Assembly: GCA_964514945.1 (NCBI GenBank)
Contig: CAZESD010000003.1
Location: forward strand, 1 to 51,329
DNA: 51,329 nucleotides
Reading direction: 5' to 3'
Origin: Candidatus Hadarchaeota archaeon
Lineage (GTDB): Archaea; Hadarchaeota; Hadarchaeia; Hadarchaeales; Hadarchaeaceae
Of the stretch, positions 18,101 to 25,736 are shown piece by piece. Position numbers and translations under genes: made by a program. Under the pieces are notes generated by a model. That model did not search any database, was not told the DNA's origin, and saw nothing but the letters and a program-made list of their open reading frames with translations. The first letter of the stretch is position 1; every line of letters begins with the position of its first letter.

Positions 18101-18522
18101 CTTCTCTCCTCCTTAGGGCGCCTACCGAATAGGTAGTAAAATATCAGTATTGTTTCGCAACCAACCAGGATGCCTACGCTTATGGCGAGCAGGATGATCA
18201 CACCGGACATCGTGAGATGACCGACGACTTTTGGCAGGAAGTTTTCTAAGAACCCCTTTCCAAGCAGCAGCGCGATTGTCCCCATTGTTAAGAATCCAAG
18301 TAAGCCTAAAATTCTGCCCGTATGTGCAGTAAAACAACTAACCCTTCTTTCCGCAGTTGAGAGCTTGAAGGCTGCATACCAGAGCACAATTAACAGGCCT
18401 ATCACAACCCCGCCTGCAAAGGCCCCACCCGGCGATGTGTGACCGGTTAGGATGAGGTAAATTGCATACACAAATACAAAGGGAGTAATTCCACGTGATA
18501 TGGTTTGAATTATCAAAGACAT
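18097..18522 (-). CDS. mnhB: Mrp/Mnh antiporter subunit B
   Basis: GHTSPGGAFAGG motif. Confidence 0.88.
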   Translation of the reverse strand: MSLIIQTISRGITPFVFVYAIYLILTGHTSPGGAFAGGVVIGLLIVLWYAAFKLSTAERRVSCFTAHTGRILGLLGFLTMGTIALLLGKGFLENFLPKVVGHLTMSGVIILLAISVGILVGCETILIFYYLFGRRPKEERR

Positions 18523-19070
18523 GCCTTGCCCTCCGCCATCTTTTTTGACACCTTCCGCAAAACCAGAGACATGCCTAAAACTGACGCAAAAAGCACCACG
18601 ACTTCCCCTAACGTGTCATAGGCCCGATAATCCAGCAGGATCGCTGTTACAAGGTTTTGGGAACCAGTGTTTTCCACTCCTTCGTCAATGTAGCGTTGGG
18701 AGACCTCGGGGTTATACTCCGGTGACCCAAATTCAGTCATAAGGGGCACAACGGCAACTGAGAATAACAGGAAAACACAGACCACGATTACACCCAGAGC
18801 AAGCGTGGTTTTAGTCGATTCGGGTTCAGAACTCCTTCGGTGCGTTCGGGCCAGCGCTATCACCAGCACGACAACCATCATTATTTCCACGATGAGCTGC
18901 ACTATGGCCAAGTCGGGCGCCATCATGAGAAAGAATAAGATCCCCACGAGGAATCCACAAGCTCCGAGTGCCAAGGCGGCCGCAAGAAGATCCCTCAGCT
19001 CAGCTACCGCAACTGCAGACACGATCACAAGTATAAAGAAAAACCCCATCAGGATTTCCATCACAACCAC
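18513..19070 (-). CDS. DUF4040/MbhD + MbhE-like subunit (detached C-terminal part of MrpA)
   Basis: APDLAIVQLIVE; NLVTAILLDYRAYDTLGEVVVL. Confidence 0.88.
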   Translation of the reverse strand: MVVMEILMGFFFILVIVSAVAVAELRDLLAAALALGACGFLVGILFFLMMAPDLAIVQLIVEIMMVVVLVIALARTHRRSSEPESTKTTLALGVIVVCVFLLFSVAVVPLMTEFGSPEYNPEVSQRYIDEGVENTGSQNLVTAILLDYRAYDTLGEVVVLFASVLGMSLVLRKVSKKMAEGKACL

Positions 19071-20855
19071 CTAAAGCAGGACCGCGTATAGGAGCAGCAA
19101 CATGAAAAATATTGCAATGAGCCACGCTATGTAATCCCTCAGGTGCCCTGACATTACCCTTTTACCTCCCCTGAAACCCGAAACTACGGCGCCTGCGAAT
19201 TTTAAATAGACAGCATCGATCCACCATTCCTTCTTGACGCAATGATGCAGAGCCGAAAGCGGAGCGAAACGGTGCACAGCGCCCATGATGCTCCGTCTTT
19301 TGAGCCATATTACGATAGCAAGCACAATACCCGCATAGCTGAGCAGCGTCAGGAAGGAGGGATCAAAAATAGAAGGCGCATACACCGGAGCGGTTCCTAG
19401 ATTAAATCCTCCCAAAGCCGGCAAGACGATTTGTTCAAGAGGCCAGTAAGCAAACAATCCAAATGCTATACAGCACGCGGCCAACGCGATCATGGGCGCT
19501 TTCATTAATATTGGAACTTTTTTCCGACTTTTGATTACCTTCGGTGTTTTTTGCCTCCAGAAAACCAAGTACAACAACTTGGTAAACAACAGAAGCGTCA
19601 TGATGCTAACAATGATGACTACCAGCGACAGTATAGGATATCCTGCATCAAAGACGGATTTCGTGATCATCCCCTTGCTGAAGAAACCGTTGAAGGGAGG
19701 TATGCCGGAAATGGACACTGCAGCTATTAATCCGCAAACAAAAGTCACTGGCATGTACTTTCTCAAGCCCCCAAGTTTGGCCATGTTCCTTGTTCCAACC
19801 TGGTAAATCACCGCTCCAGCCATCAAGAATAGAAGTGCTTTGAAAAATGCGTGGTTTATCAGATGAAATAGGGCGCCCGCTAGCCCCAAAGAAGTGCCGG
19901 CACCAATACCCATAGTGATGAGGCCTAACTGAGACACCGTGGAAAATCCTACGAGTCTCTTGATGTCAACTTGCACCAGTGCGCATGTGACGCCAACGAG
20001 GGCCGTTATTGCCCCCAGAGTTATGATTGTCGATTGCCAAGCGTAAGGAAACCCAAAGATGCCATAAAAAAACCTTATCAGACCGTAAATCCCGGTTCCC
20101 ACCATGATGCCAGAGAGAAGCGCGCTTATCGAGGAGGGGGCCTCCGGATGAGCATCAGGCAACCAAGTATGAAGTGGTACAACAGCTGATTTGACGCCGA
20201 ACCCGACAAACGTGAGCACCATGGCAGCGGTCAGCCATCCACTATTTGCCGTGGCCAAGAGTCCTCCCAAGGCCGGCATGCTGAGCTCGCCGACGTTGAG
20301 ATAAATGGCGATCATGGCGGTGAGCAGGCACAGGGCGCCCAAGTGTATCATTATAAAGTATTTGTAGGCGGCCCTGATGGCAACGCCCGTTTGAAAGTGC
20401 AGGACAAGCAGGAAGCAGGAGATTGTCATGAGTTCCCAAAAAATGAAGAACTGAAGTAGGTTCCCTGATAGGAAAACACCAACCATGCTACCCGAGAAAA
20501 TCAAAAGGCCAGAGTAGTACCTCGTTAACCCCTCTTTTCCCGCCATATATCTCACAGAGTAAATCGTAGCCAACAGGCAGAGAAAGAGCGCCAAGAGTGA
20601 CATGTACACGGCCAGCGCATCCGCGTAGATCTCAAACTCCAGCCCCAAGCGCTCGGCCCACACATAGGTCAGATGCAGGCGCCCCCCCTCTAGGATAGTG
20701 GGAAGCAGCGAGAGGATGGCTAACATTGCAACGGAGATAATGAGAACGCTGAGGTAGGCCCTAAATTTCGGGCGGCCGCGACCTACAATTGGTATCAAAA
20801 ATGAGGACAAAATCGGGAGCAAGATCGCAATTAAAGGAGCGTATTGCAAACTCAT
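19071..20855 (-). CDS. mnhA: NuoL/MrpA-like proton-translocating subunit
   Basis: FFIFWELM, GFGVKSA, WLPDAHPEAP, NHAFFKALLF, FFSK, lateral-helix tail WWIDAVY...SGHLRDY; start ATG 20855 after AGGTGA RBS. Confidence 0.88.
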   Translation of the reverse strand: MSLQYAPLIAILLPILSSFLIPIVGRGRPKFRAYLSVLIISVAMLAILSLLPTILEGGRLHLTYVWAERLGLEFEIYADALAVYMSLLALFLCLLATIYSVRYMAGKEGLTRYYSGLLIFSGSMVGVFLSGNLLQFFIFWELMTISCFLLVLHFQTGVAIRAAYKYFIMIHLGALCLLTAMIAIYLNVGELSMPALGGLLATANSGWLTAAMVLTFVGFGVKSAVVPLHTWLPDAHPEAPSSISALLSGIMVGTGIYGLIRFFYGIFGFPYAWQSTIITLGAITALVGVTCALVQVDIKRLVGFSTVSQLGLITMGIGAGTSLGLAGALFHLINHAFFKALLFLMAGAVIYQVGTRNMAKLGGLRKYMPVTFVCGLIAAVSISGIPPFNGFFSKGMITKSVFDAGYPILSLVVIIVSIMTLLLFTKLLYLVFWRQKTPKVIKSRKKVPILMKAPMIALAACCIAFGLFAYWPLEQIVLPALGGFNLGTAPVYAPSIFDPSFLTLLSYAGIVLAIVIWLKRRSIMGAVHRFAPLSALHHCVKKEWWIDAVYLKFAGAVVSGFRGGKRVMSGHLRDYIAWLIAIFFMLLLLYAVLL

Positions 20856-21029
20856 GATTTTCAATCTCACCTATTTGTTCTGACAAATTCACGATGTTCG
20901 TGCATAAGAAATAGCTTACGTCGAGCAATCTGTTTAAGGTAATGGTTGGTCTCGATATTGGGATACTTACCGACCTCTGGAACTTGAAGGGAATACCTCC
21001 AAAAAAGTTGCGCAAGCTAAGGCCGGCTT

Positions 21030-21050
21030 AAAAAAAGAAAAAGGAAGGGC
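21030..21050 (-). terminator. Oligo-T tract, probable archaeal terminator
   Basis: CCCTTCCTTTTTCTTTTTTTT on minus strand just after the stop of the 21056 gene. Confidence 0.5.
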
Positions 21051-21055
21051 AGAGT

Positions 21056-21436
21056 TTACCTGCCCTTCGCAGCTTCGTAGATTGCCCTCAGTGCAATGAT
21101 CAGCGCAGCCGCGCCTACAAGCGTCGTTATGTTTGCTGCTAGCTGAGTGAGCTCTGTCGGTATGCTGACTCCAGTTAATGGTATCATCGTCTGCATGCCT
21201 AGAACGGTAACGACGAAAGCAATAGTGGCCAGCAGGAAGGGGCTACTCTCGCGGACCGTTATGTTGAGGAGTCCGACGACCACTCCCAAAACCGCAAGCA
21301 CTACAAAAAGCCAATCCGACGGCGTCATGAACGCTGCAACTAAAGCTATTATTAATCCTATATAGAATGCTGCTGGACCGATTAGGGCAATTCTTTTAAC
21401 AGCCTTTTCCCTTGCCAGGTTCAACCCTCCATGCAA
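21056..21436 (-). CDS. Small 4-TM membrane protein
   Basis: Hydrophobic helices, GLLNIT..ESSPFLLA; true start may be TTG/CTG a few codons downstream, after GGAGGG. Confidence 0.8.
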   Translation of the reverse strand: MHGGLNLAREKAVKRIALIGPAAFYIGLIIALVAAFMTPSDWLFVVLAVLGVVVGLLNITVRESSPFLLATIAFVVTVLGMQTMIPLTGVSIPTELTQLAANITTLVGAAALIIALRAIYEAAKGR

Positions 21437-21454
21437 ATGTGATTTGTCCCTCTT

Positions 21455-21667
21455 TTAAAGTATATGGTAGTGCTTTTTTGGAAGTAGAGCCAATTTTGCA
21501 TCAACATAATGAAGTGCAACGTAAAATGCCGCAGTAACCATCCAGTCTGAAAAAATCGGACTACTCGATAACCATTTTTTTATCAATCGCAAGAACTTTT
21601 TGTGCAGAAATTGAACTGGCAAGGCCTCGCTAATAGTAAACTTTATATTCCGAAACTTTTTCTGCAA
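21455..21667 (-). pseudogene. Truncated HEPN-domain gene remnant
   Basis: DWMVTAAFYVALHYVDAKLA resembles the HEPN N-terminal helix motif; stop occurs before any R-x4-6-H motif. Confidence 0.5.
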
Positions 21668-21755
21668 AATTTATATCAGTCTCAATTTATCGGAATGAAT
21701 AAAGAATAAAGTTAAAGTTTTTAGTCTCTACAATACCAGAGCAAGTCGGTGGATC

Positions 21756-21863
21756 ATGGGGAAGCGACCTCGAAAGTGGAAGAAGAAGGGCCACATGCGC
21801 TGGAAGTGGGTACGGAAGCGCATGCGGCGGAAGCTCCGCAGGATCAAGCAGAGGAAAGCTTAA
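21756..21863 (+). CDS. rpl41e: Ribosomal protein eL41 (eS32), Thermococcales-type; not in ORF track
   Basis: [35 protein letters not shown], matching the [14 protein letters not shown] signature; GGTGGA RBS. Confidence 0.9.
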   Translation: MGKRPRKWKKKGHMRWKWVRKRMRRKLRRIKQRKA

Positions 21864-21970
21864 TCGATTTCCCATTTTGAGATATCTAGAGGCCAATATC
21901 TTAGCATCGCTTTGTAACACGCTAAACAGCTCTCCTTGCCCCCGCTCCACGATGCGATAACTTGCGTCAT
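21860..21970 (-). pseudogene. Truncated DUF71/COG2102 (Dph6-like) PP-loop ATPase
   Basis: ATG 12 nt after the rSAM stop: MTQVIASWSGGKESCLACYKAML, then unrelated sequence and stop at codon 37. Confidence 0.8.
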
Positions 21971-21982
21971 AGCAATACATGC

Positions 21983-22690
21983 TTAGATTACATTAAAAAC
22001 TTCGTACTTCAATTTCTCGTTGCCGCACAAATATGTCACATTCTTCAAGTGTTTTCTTGCTTCTCTTACAGCATTTTTGATTTCTTGGGAGGTTGGTGCT
22101 CGCCATAAATCGTTGACTGGAATGTAAGCATCGATATGGTACGATATCTCTGAATCAATTGATGAGATAAATTGCGCGATTTTCTTGATTTCTTCTAGTT
22201 CAATTAAACCAGGGATGTAAATACTCTCGGAGGACAAAGGAACGCCGGAATTATGGATTTTCCTAAAATTCTTTAATGCGTTTTTATTAGATTTTTCAGT
22301 GAATTTTTTGTGTAGTTCATCAGAATACGCTTTTATGCTTACGCAGATATCATTCACATTTTCTAGCAACTTTTCGTTTAGCTCATGACCATTTGTTAGT
22401 AGAATACTGTAGATACCGGAATCGTGCAATTTTTTGGTTAATATTGGTAGTTCTGGGTCAACGGTTGGTTCTCCACCCATTAGGGTTACTTTCTTGGCGC
22501 CGAGGCCATCCAAAATTCTCAAAATCTCGGCCAATCTCAGGTAACGAATTTCACTTTTGGGTTCAGTTTTTACATGGACATCATATAAGGTCTTTTTTCT
22601 AATGCAACCCAAGCAACTGAAATTGCAGCCATAGAAGTGGAGGTTTGCAGTTTTTGTTTTTGGAGCGTATGTTATGTGATACACGTTCAT
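21983..22690 (-). CDS. Radical SAM protein (PflA/activating-enzyme-like, short)
   Basis: FYGCNFSCLGC, MGGEP, LTNG, ISIKA, YIPG. Confidence 0.9.
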   Translation of the reverse strand: MNVYHITYAPKTKTANLHFYGCNFSCLGCIRKKTLYDVHVKTEPKSEIRYLRLAEILRILDGLGAKKVTLMGGEPTVDPELPILTKKLHDSGIYSILLTNGHELNEKLLENVNDICVSIKAYSDELHKKFTEKSNKNALKNFRKIHNSGVPLSSESIYIPGLIELEEIKKIAQFISSIDSEISYHIDAYIPVNDLWRAPTSQEIKNAVREARKHLKNVTYLCGNEKLKYEVFNVI

Positions 22691-22699
22691 TTTACCACT

Positions 22700-23689
22700 C
22701 TAAACTGGACAAGCCCCGCATTTTCGACAGTACGTGGATGTGTGGGGCACGTTTGAATTACACCTAGGGCAAATTTTGCCGTTTGGGTCAGTCGGGTGGG
22801 GCACCCCTACCGCCGACCTGTAAATTTCGTAGTAAAAAAGCTGCTCCTTATCTCTGATGGTCACTTTATCTTCATCGAGGTACTTGCTTTTTTTCTCGTC
22901 AAACCCAATGTCAGGGATAATTAAATTAAAAAAGCTCGGCAGCGTGGCGGTCCCCGAACCAAACTCTATGGGCGTTTTGGTCCTCCATACTATTTCTTTG
23001 GGCAACATATTCTCGAAGGCTTTGCGTAAGATCCACTTGCCCCATGTTTGTCCACTTTCGCTTCGAACTTTTAACGATGGGCCCAACTCCATAGCAAATT
23101 TTTTAAACTTAGGGTCAAGGTATGGAAGCTTGACCTCCATCCCTAGAACTTTAGCAAGCTCTGTTGATGAAAAATGCATGATGCTCCACAATTTTTGGAG
23201 CTCTAAATTTAGCTGCTTCTTTTCCAATCCGTGGAGAAAGCTGTATCCTGCGAAGAGCTCGTCACACCCATCGCCAGTTATAACCGTATTTGCACAGTTT
23301 TCCTTCGCATACTTTAGACCAATATAAATCGTTGCGCTGTTGCGGATTTCCATGGGGTCGAAAGAGTCCAAGGCCTTGACAACAACTCGAATTGCATCGT
23401 ACAACTCTTCCTCGTTGAAGCGGTGAACAAAATGTTTTAAGCCAAAACGGTTTGCTACCAAAGCCGCGTAGGAGATATCTGGCGCGGGAGCGTTCTGTAG
23501 AGCAACCGTAAATGCCGTTAGTCCTACTCGCTTGGATGCCAAGTAGGCAAGAATCGATGTGTCAAGGCCCCCAGAAAGCAGAATCCCCTCCGCCAGATTT
23601 CTTTCGACGCTTTCATCCAGCGCTTTCATAAGTCTGTTGCATAGGGCAACAAGATCTTCTGCATCCGATTGTTTTTGGGGATTTATCAT
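22700..23689 (-). CDS. Stand-alone asparagine-synthetase C-terminal (synthetase) domain with Zn ribbon
   Basis: LLSGGLDTS PP-loop, TGDGCDELFAGY, LPYLD, KWILRKAF, RTKTPIEFGSG, C-terminal CPRC...CRKC; no glutaminase domain. Confidence 0.88.
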   Translation of the reverse strand: MINPQKQSDAEDLVALCNRLMKALDESVERNLAEGILLSGGLDTSILAYLASKRVGLTAFTVALQNAPAPDISYAALVANRFGLKHFVHRFNEEELYDAIRVVVKALDSFDPMEIRNSATIYIGLKYAKENCANTVITGDGCDELFAGYSFLHGLEKKQLNLELQKLWSIMHFSSTELAKVLGMEVKLPYLDPKFKKFAMELGPSLKVRSESGQTWGKWILRKAFENMLPKEIVWRTKTPIEFGSGTATLPSFFNLIIPDIGFDEKKSKYLDEDKVTIRDKEQLFYYEIYRSAVGVPHPTDPNGKICPRCNSNVPHTSTYCRKCGACPV

Positions 23690-23726
23690 CTCTATCCATT
23701 AATAATTAACACGTAAAGGTTTTATA

Positions 23727-24431
23727 TTGGATATACCATCCAACATGGGGGGAAGCTTGAGGATAACCGGAGTAAGAAGAAAAATTGCAGAGAAAATATG
23801 GGGCGGTAGAACCCCTGATGAAGTTTTGTCTAAACGGTACAAGATATTCGTTTTCCTAGGAATTTTTTTAATAGGCATGTTTGCGGTGTACCGTTATTTC
23901 ATTGGGATAACTTTTCTTCCGAATTTCGAATGGATAATCCCTATTCTTGTCGTCACTGGCTCCTTCTCGCTTTACTGCGGCCCGTCCAAATTTTGGCGAA
24001 TAGTTACCCGGTATTTTGGAGTCTTGGCGGTAATCAGCGCGTTTATTGTATGGTTTATCATGTTTGGGATTCTACCTATCCACGCTTTCGTATGGTCAGG
24101 TTTCATCTTTGCTTGGTTGCTTGCTATGAGAAACAAGCTCTCGATGTTCGACAAATTCAAGAAACTGCTATGGCGCACGACACTCACGGCCGCTATTGCT
24201 ATCATCGTGTTTGACATCTATACCGGGGTCTTTGGCTGGTCGCTCGTTCATGGCGCGGGGCTGGCAGCAGCATTTCTTGCCCAGATACCATTCACATTGT
24301 ATCATCTTTGTTCTTTGATATTCATCCCACCATTAGTAGGGTTAGGCAAGCTACTGGTGAAGGTCAAGGTTCCCGTCCCGGTGGCAATTGCAGCAGAGAG
24401 GCAGGTCAGGGTTCAGGAGCGTATCAGGTGA
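23727..24431 (+). CDS. Probable ECF-transporter S component (cobalamin-type, DUF6580-like)
   Basis: About six TM helices, LPNFE motif, AQIPFTLYH motif; followed by DUF4430 gene; start uncertain. Confidence 0.65.
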   Translation: MDIPSNMGGSLRITGVRRKIAEKIWGGRTPDEVLSKRYKIFVFLGIFLIGMFAVYRYFIGITFLPNFEWIIPILVVTGSFSLYCGPSKFWRIVTRYFGVLAVISAFIVWFIMFGILPIHAFVWSGFIFAWLLAMRNKLSMFDKFKKLLWRTTLTAAIAIIVFDIYTGVFGWSLVHGAGLAAAFLAQIPFTLYHLCSLIFIPPLVGLGKLLVKVKVPVPVAIAAERQVRVQERIR

Positions 24432-24445
24432 TAGGAGGTGATCGA

Positions 24446-24844
24446 TTGAAAAAAAAGCCAACAATGCAGATCCTAGCACTCGTAGTTATAGTCGGATTTC
24501 TTTGCTTTGCTAGCGGGTACTATGTGAGCGGCACCCTCCCATTCGCAACGACTAAGGAAATATCGGTAAAGGTAAAAGTAGTAACGAAAGAAAGTGGCAC
24601 CATTCAAAAAACGGTAACCATTAGAGACGGCATGACGCCTTTTGACGCATTGCTGAAAGTGACCGATATGCAGACCACGTATTGGGAAAGCTATGGAACT
24701 TCGACCATGCGTTCAGTGGCATGGGATAATTTAGGTTCAAACGAAGGTTATACGTACACGGTGAACGGTGAAATGCCAGGTGCTATGAGTGATTGTCAGT
24801 TACACGATGGCGACAACCTCGTAATTTCGTACACCACGTGGTGA
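24446..24844 (+). CDS. Membrane-anchored DUF4430 (transcobalamin C-terminal-like) protein
   Basis: TTG start after GGAGGTGA; N-terminal TM; TPFDALL...YTVNGEMP...LHDGDNLVISY. Confidence 0.75.
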   Translation: MKKKPTMQILALVVIVGFLCFASGYYVSGTLPFATTKEISVKVKVVTKESGTIQKTVTIRDGMTPFDALLKVTDMQTTYWESYGTSTMRSVAWDNLGSNEGYTYTVNGEMPGAMSDCQLHDGDNLVISYTTW

Positions 24845-25408
24845 TCACAAAAGTGTCCTAGCAGCTGCTTTCGCGCCTTCTTCGGCTTTCACGATATCTC
24901 GAGCACTCCCGATTATTATCACATCTTCTTCGCGAGGTTTGAAAATCTTCGTAAGCGTATCGCTCAGCTCCTTCCCGATCTTCAGAAAACCATCCGGGAA
25001 TTGAAATTTCCCCCCCCTGAAAATTAACACTGTAGCACCCGTAGCCCCGGCCTTTATCGCCTCATCCCTTTGCTCGATACCCCGTTTGACTTTCTTCACC
25101 GCGCCGCGAACGATCACCGCGACATCAACTTTGCCGACCGTAAGGTTCCCAGCATCGATTTGCGCGAATTCAAGAGGTTTTCCGAGTGAACGTTTGCCTT
25201 TGGCCGTGAGCGCATGCCCACCACGCGATGAGGTGATTAATCCCTGCTTCTTCAGTTGGTTAAGAATCGTGCGCATGCTGCCTTCACCCACCCCGATCTC
25301 TCCGGCAAGCTGTTTACGACCAGTCCTTTTGTGCTTCGCTATGAGTTCAAGCGCTCTGCGAACGTGAACCTCGGCAAAGCGCGGCAGGGGCCCGATGGCG
25401 CGCGGCAT
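24845..25408 (-). CDS. HTH + DUF4443/DUF2111-like protein
   Basis: GPLPRF, GRKQLAGEIGVGEGSMRTIL, GIEQRDEAIKAGATGAT; start ATG 25408 or GTG 25417. Confidence 0.8.
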   Translation of the reverse strand: MPRAIGPLPRFAEVHVRRALELIAKHKRTGRKQLAGEIGVGEGSMRTILNQLKKQGLITSSRGGHALTAKGKRSLGKPLEFAQIDAGNLTVGKVDVAVIVRGAVKKVKRGIEQRDEAIKAGATGATVLIFRGGKFQFPDGFLKIGKELSDTLTKIFKPREEDVIIIGSARDIVKAEEGAKAAARTLL

Positions 25409-25445
25409 AGACAGCACTTATCCCTTCACAATTTTCGTGCCAGTT

Positions 25446-25644
25446 TTATCCTTGCTGCAGCATAAGGTTTCTGGTTTGAAGTACGTTGCCGTGGGTTATC
25501 ACGAGCCCAATCCTGTTTTGCCTACTTTACCAGTTGCGCGAGAAGTCGGGTGGTTTTCTTGCGGTTCAGAAATTGCTTCGCGATGGTTCCACTTTCATGG
25601 TCCTGCTTAATCGCGTTCCCACCTAAGGTGACCAATAACTTCAT
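25446..25644 (-). pseudogene. arcC: Carbamate kinase gene remnant (N-terminal about 65 codons)
   Basis: GGTGA RBS + ATG: MKLLVTLGGNAIKQDHESGTIAKQFLN...LVK*(TAG 25522-24); shifted frame gives LVITHGNVLQTRNLMLQQG*. Confidence 0.85.
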
Positions 25645-25736
25645 CTAATCACCGGGTTTCCAATATTTGAGGAAAGGATTAATATTTCCATGTGTTCGTT
25701 ATTTTTTACACAGTATATGTCAGGATCGGGGATGAC

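Noticed and set aside
15115-20855. Membrane-bound hydrogenase (MBH/MBS) interpretation
   Set aside because: No hydrogenase, NuoH-like or Fe-S subunits adjoin the operon; gene order matches a stand-alone Mrp
20871-21030. Na+ or other riboswitch in the mrp leader
   Set aside because: No recognisable conserved motif or convincing multi-stem structure by eye
21687-21980. 97-aa minus-strand ORF as a RiPP precursor for the rSAM/AsnB-like pair
   Set aside because: It overlays eL41 antisense and the DUF71 remnant in another frame; no leader/core pattern
23690-23760. Cobalamin riboswitch before the S component
   Set aside because: Gap is too short and no B12-box-like sequence is visible
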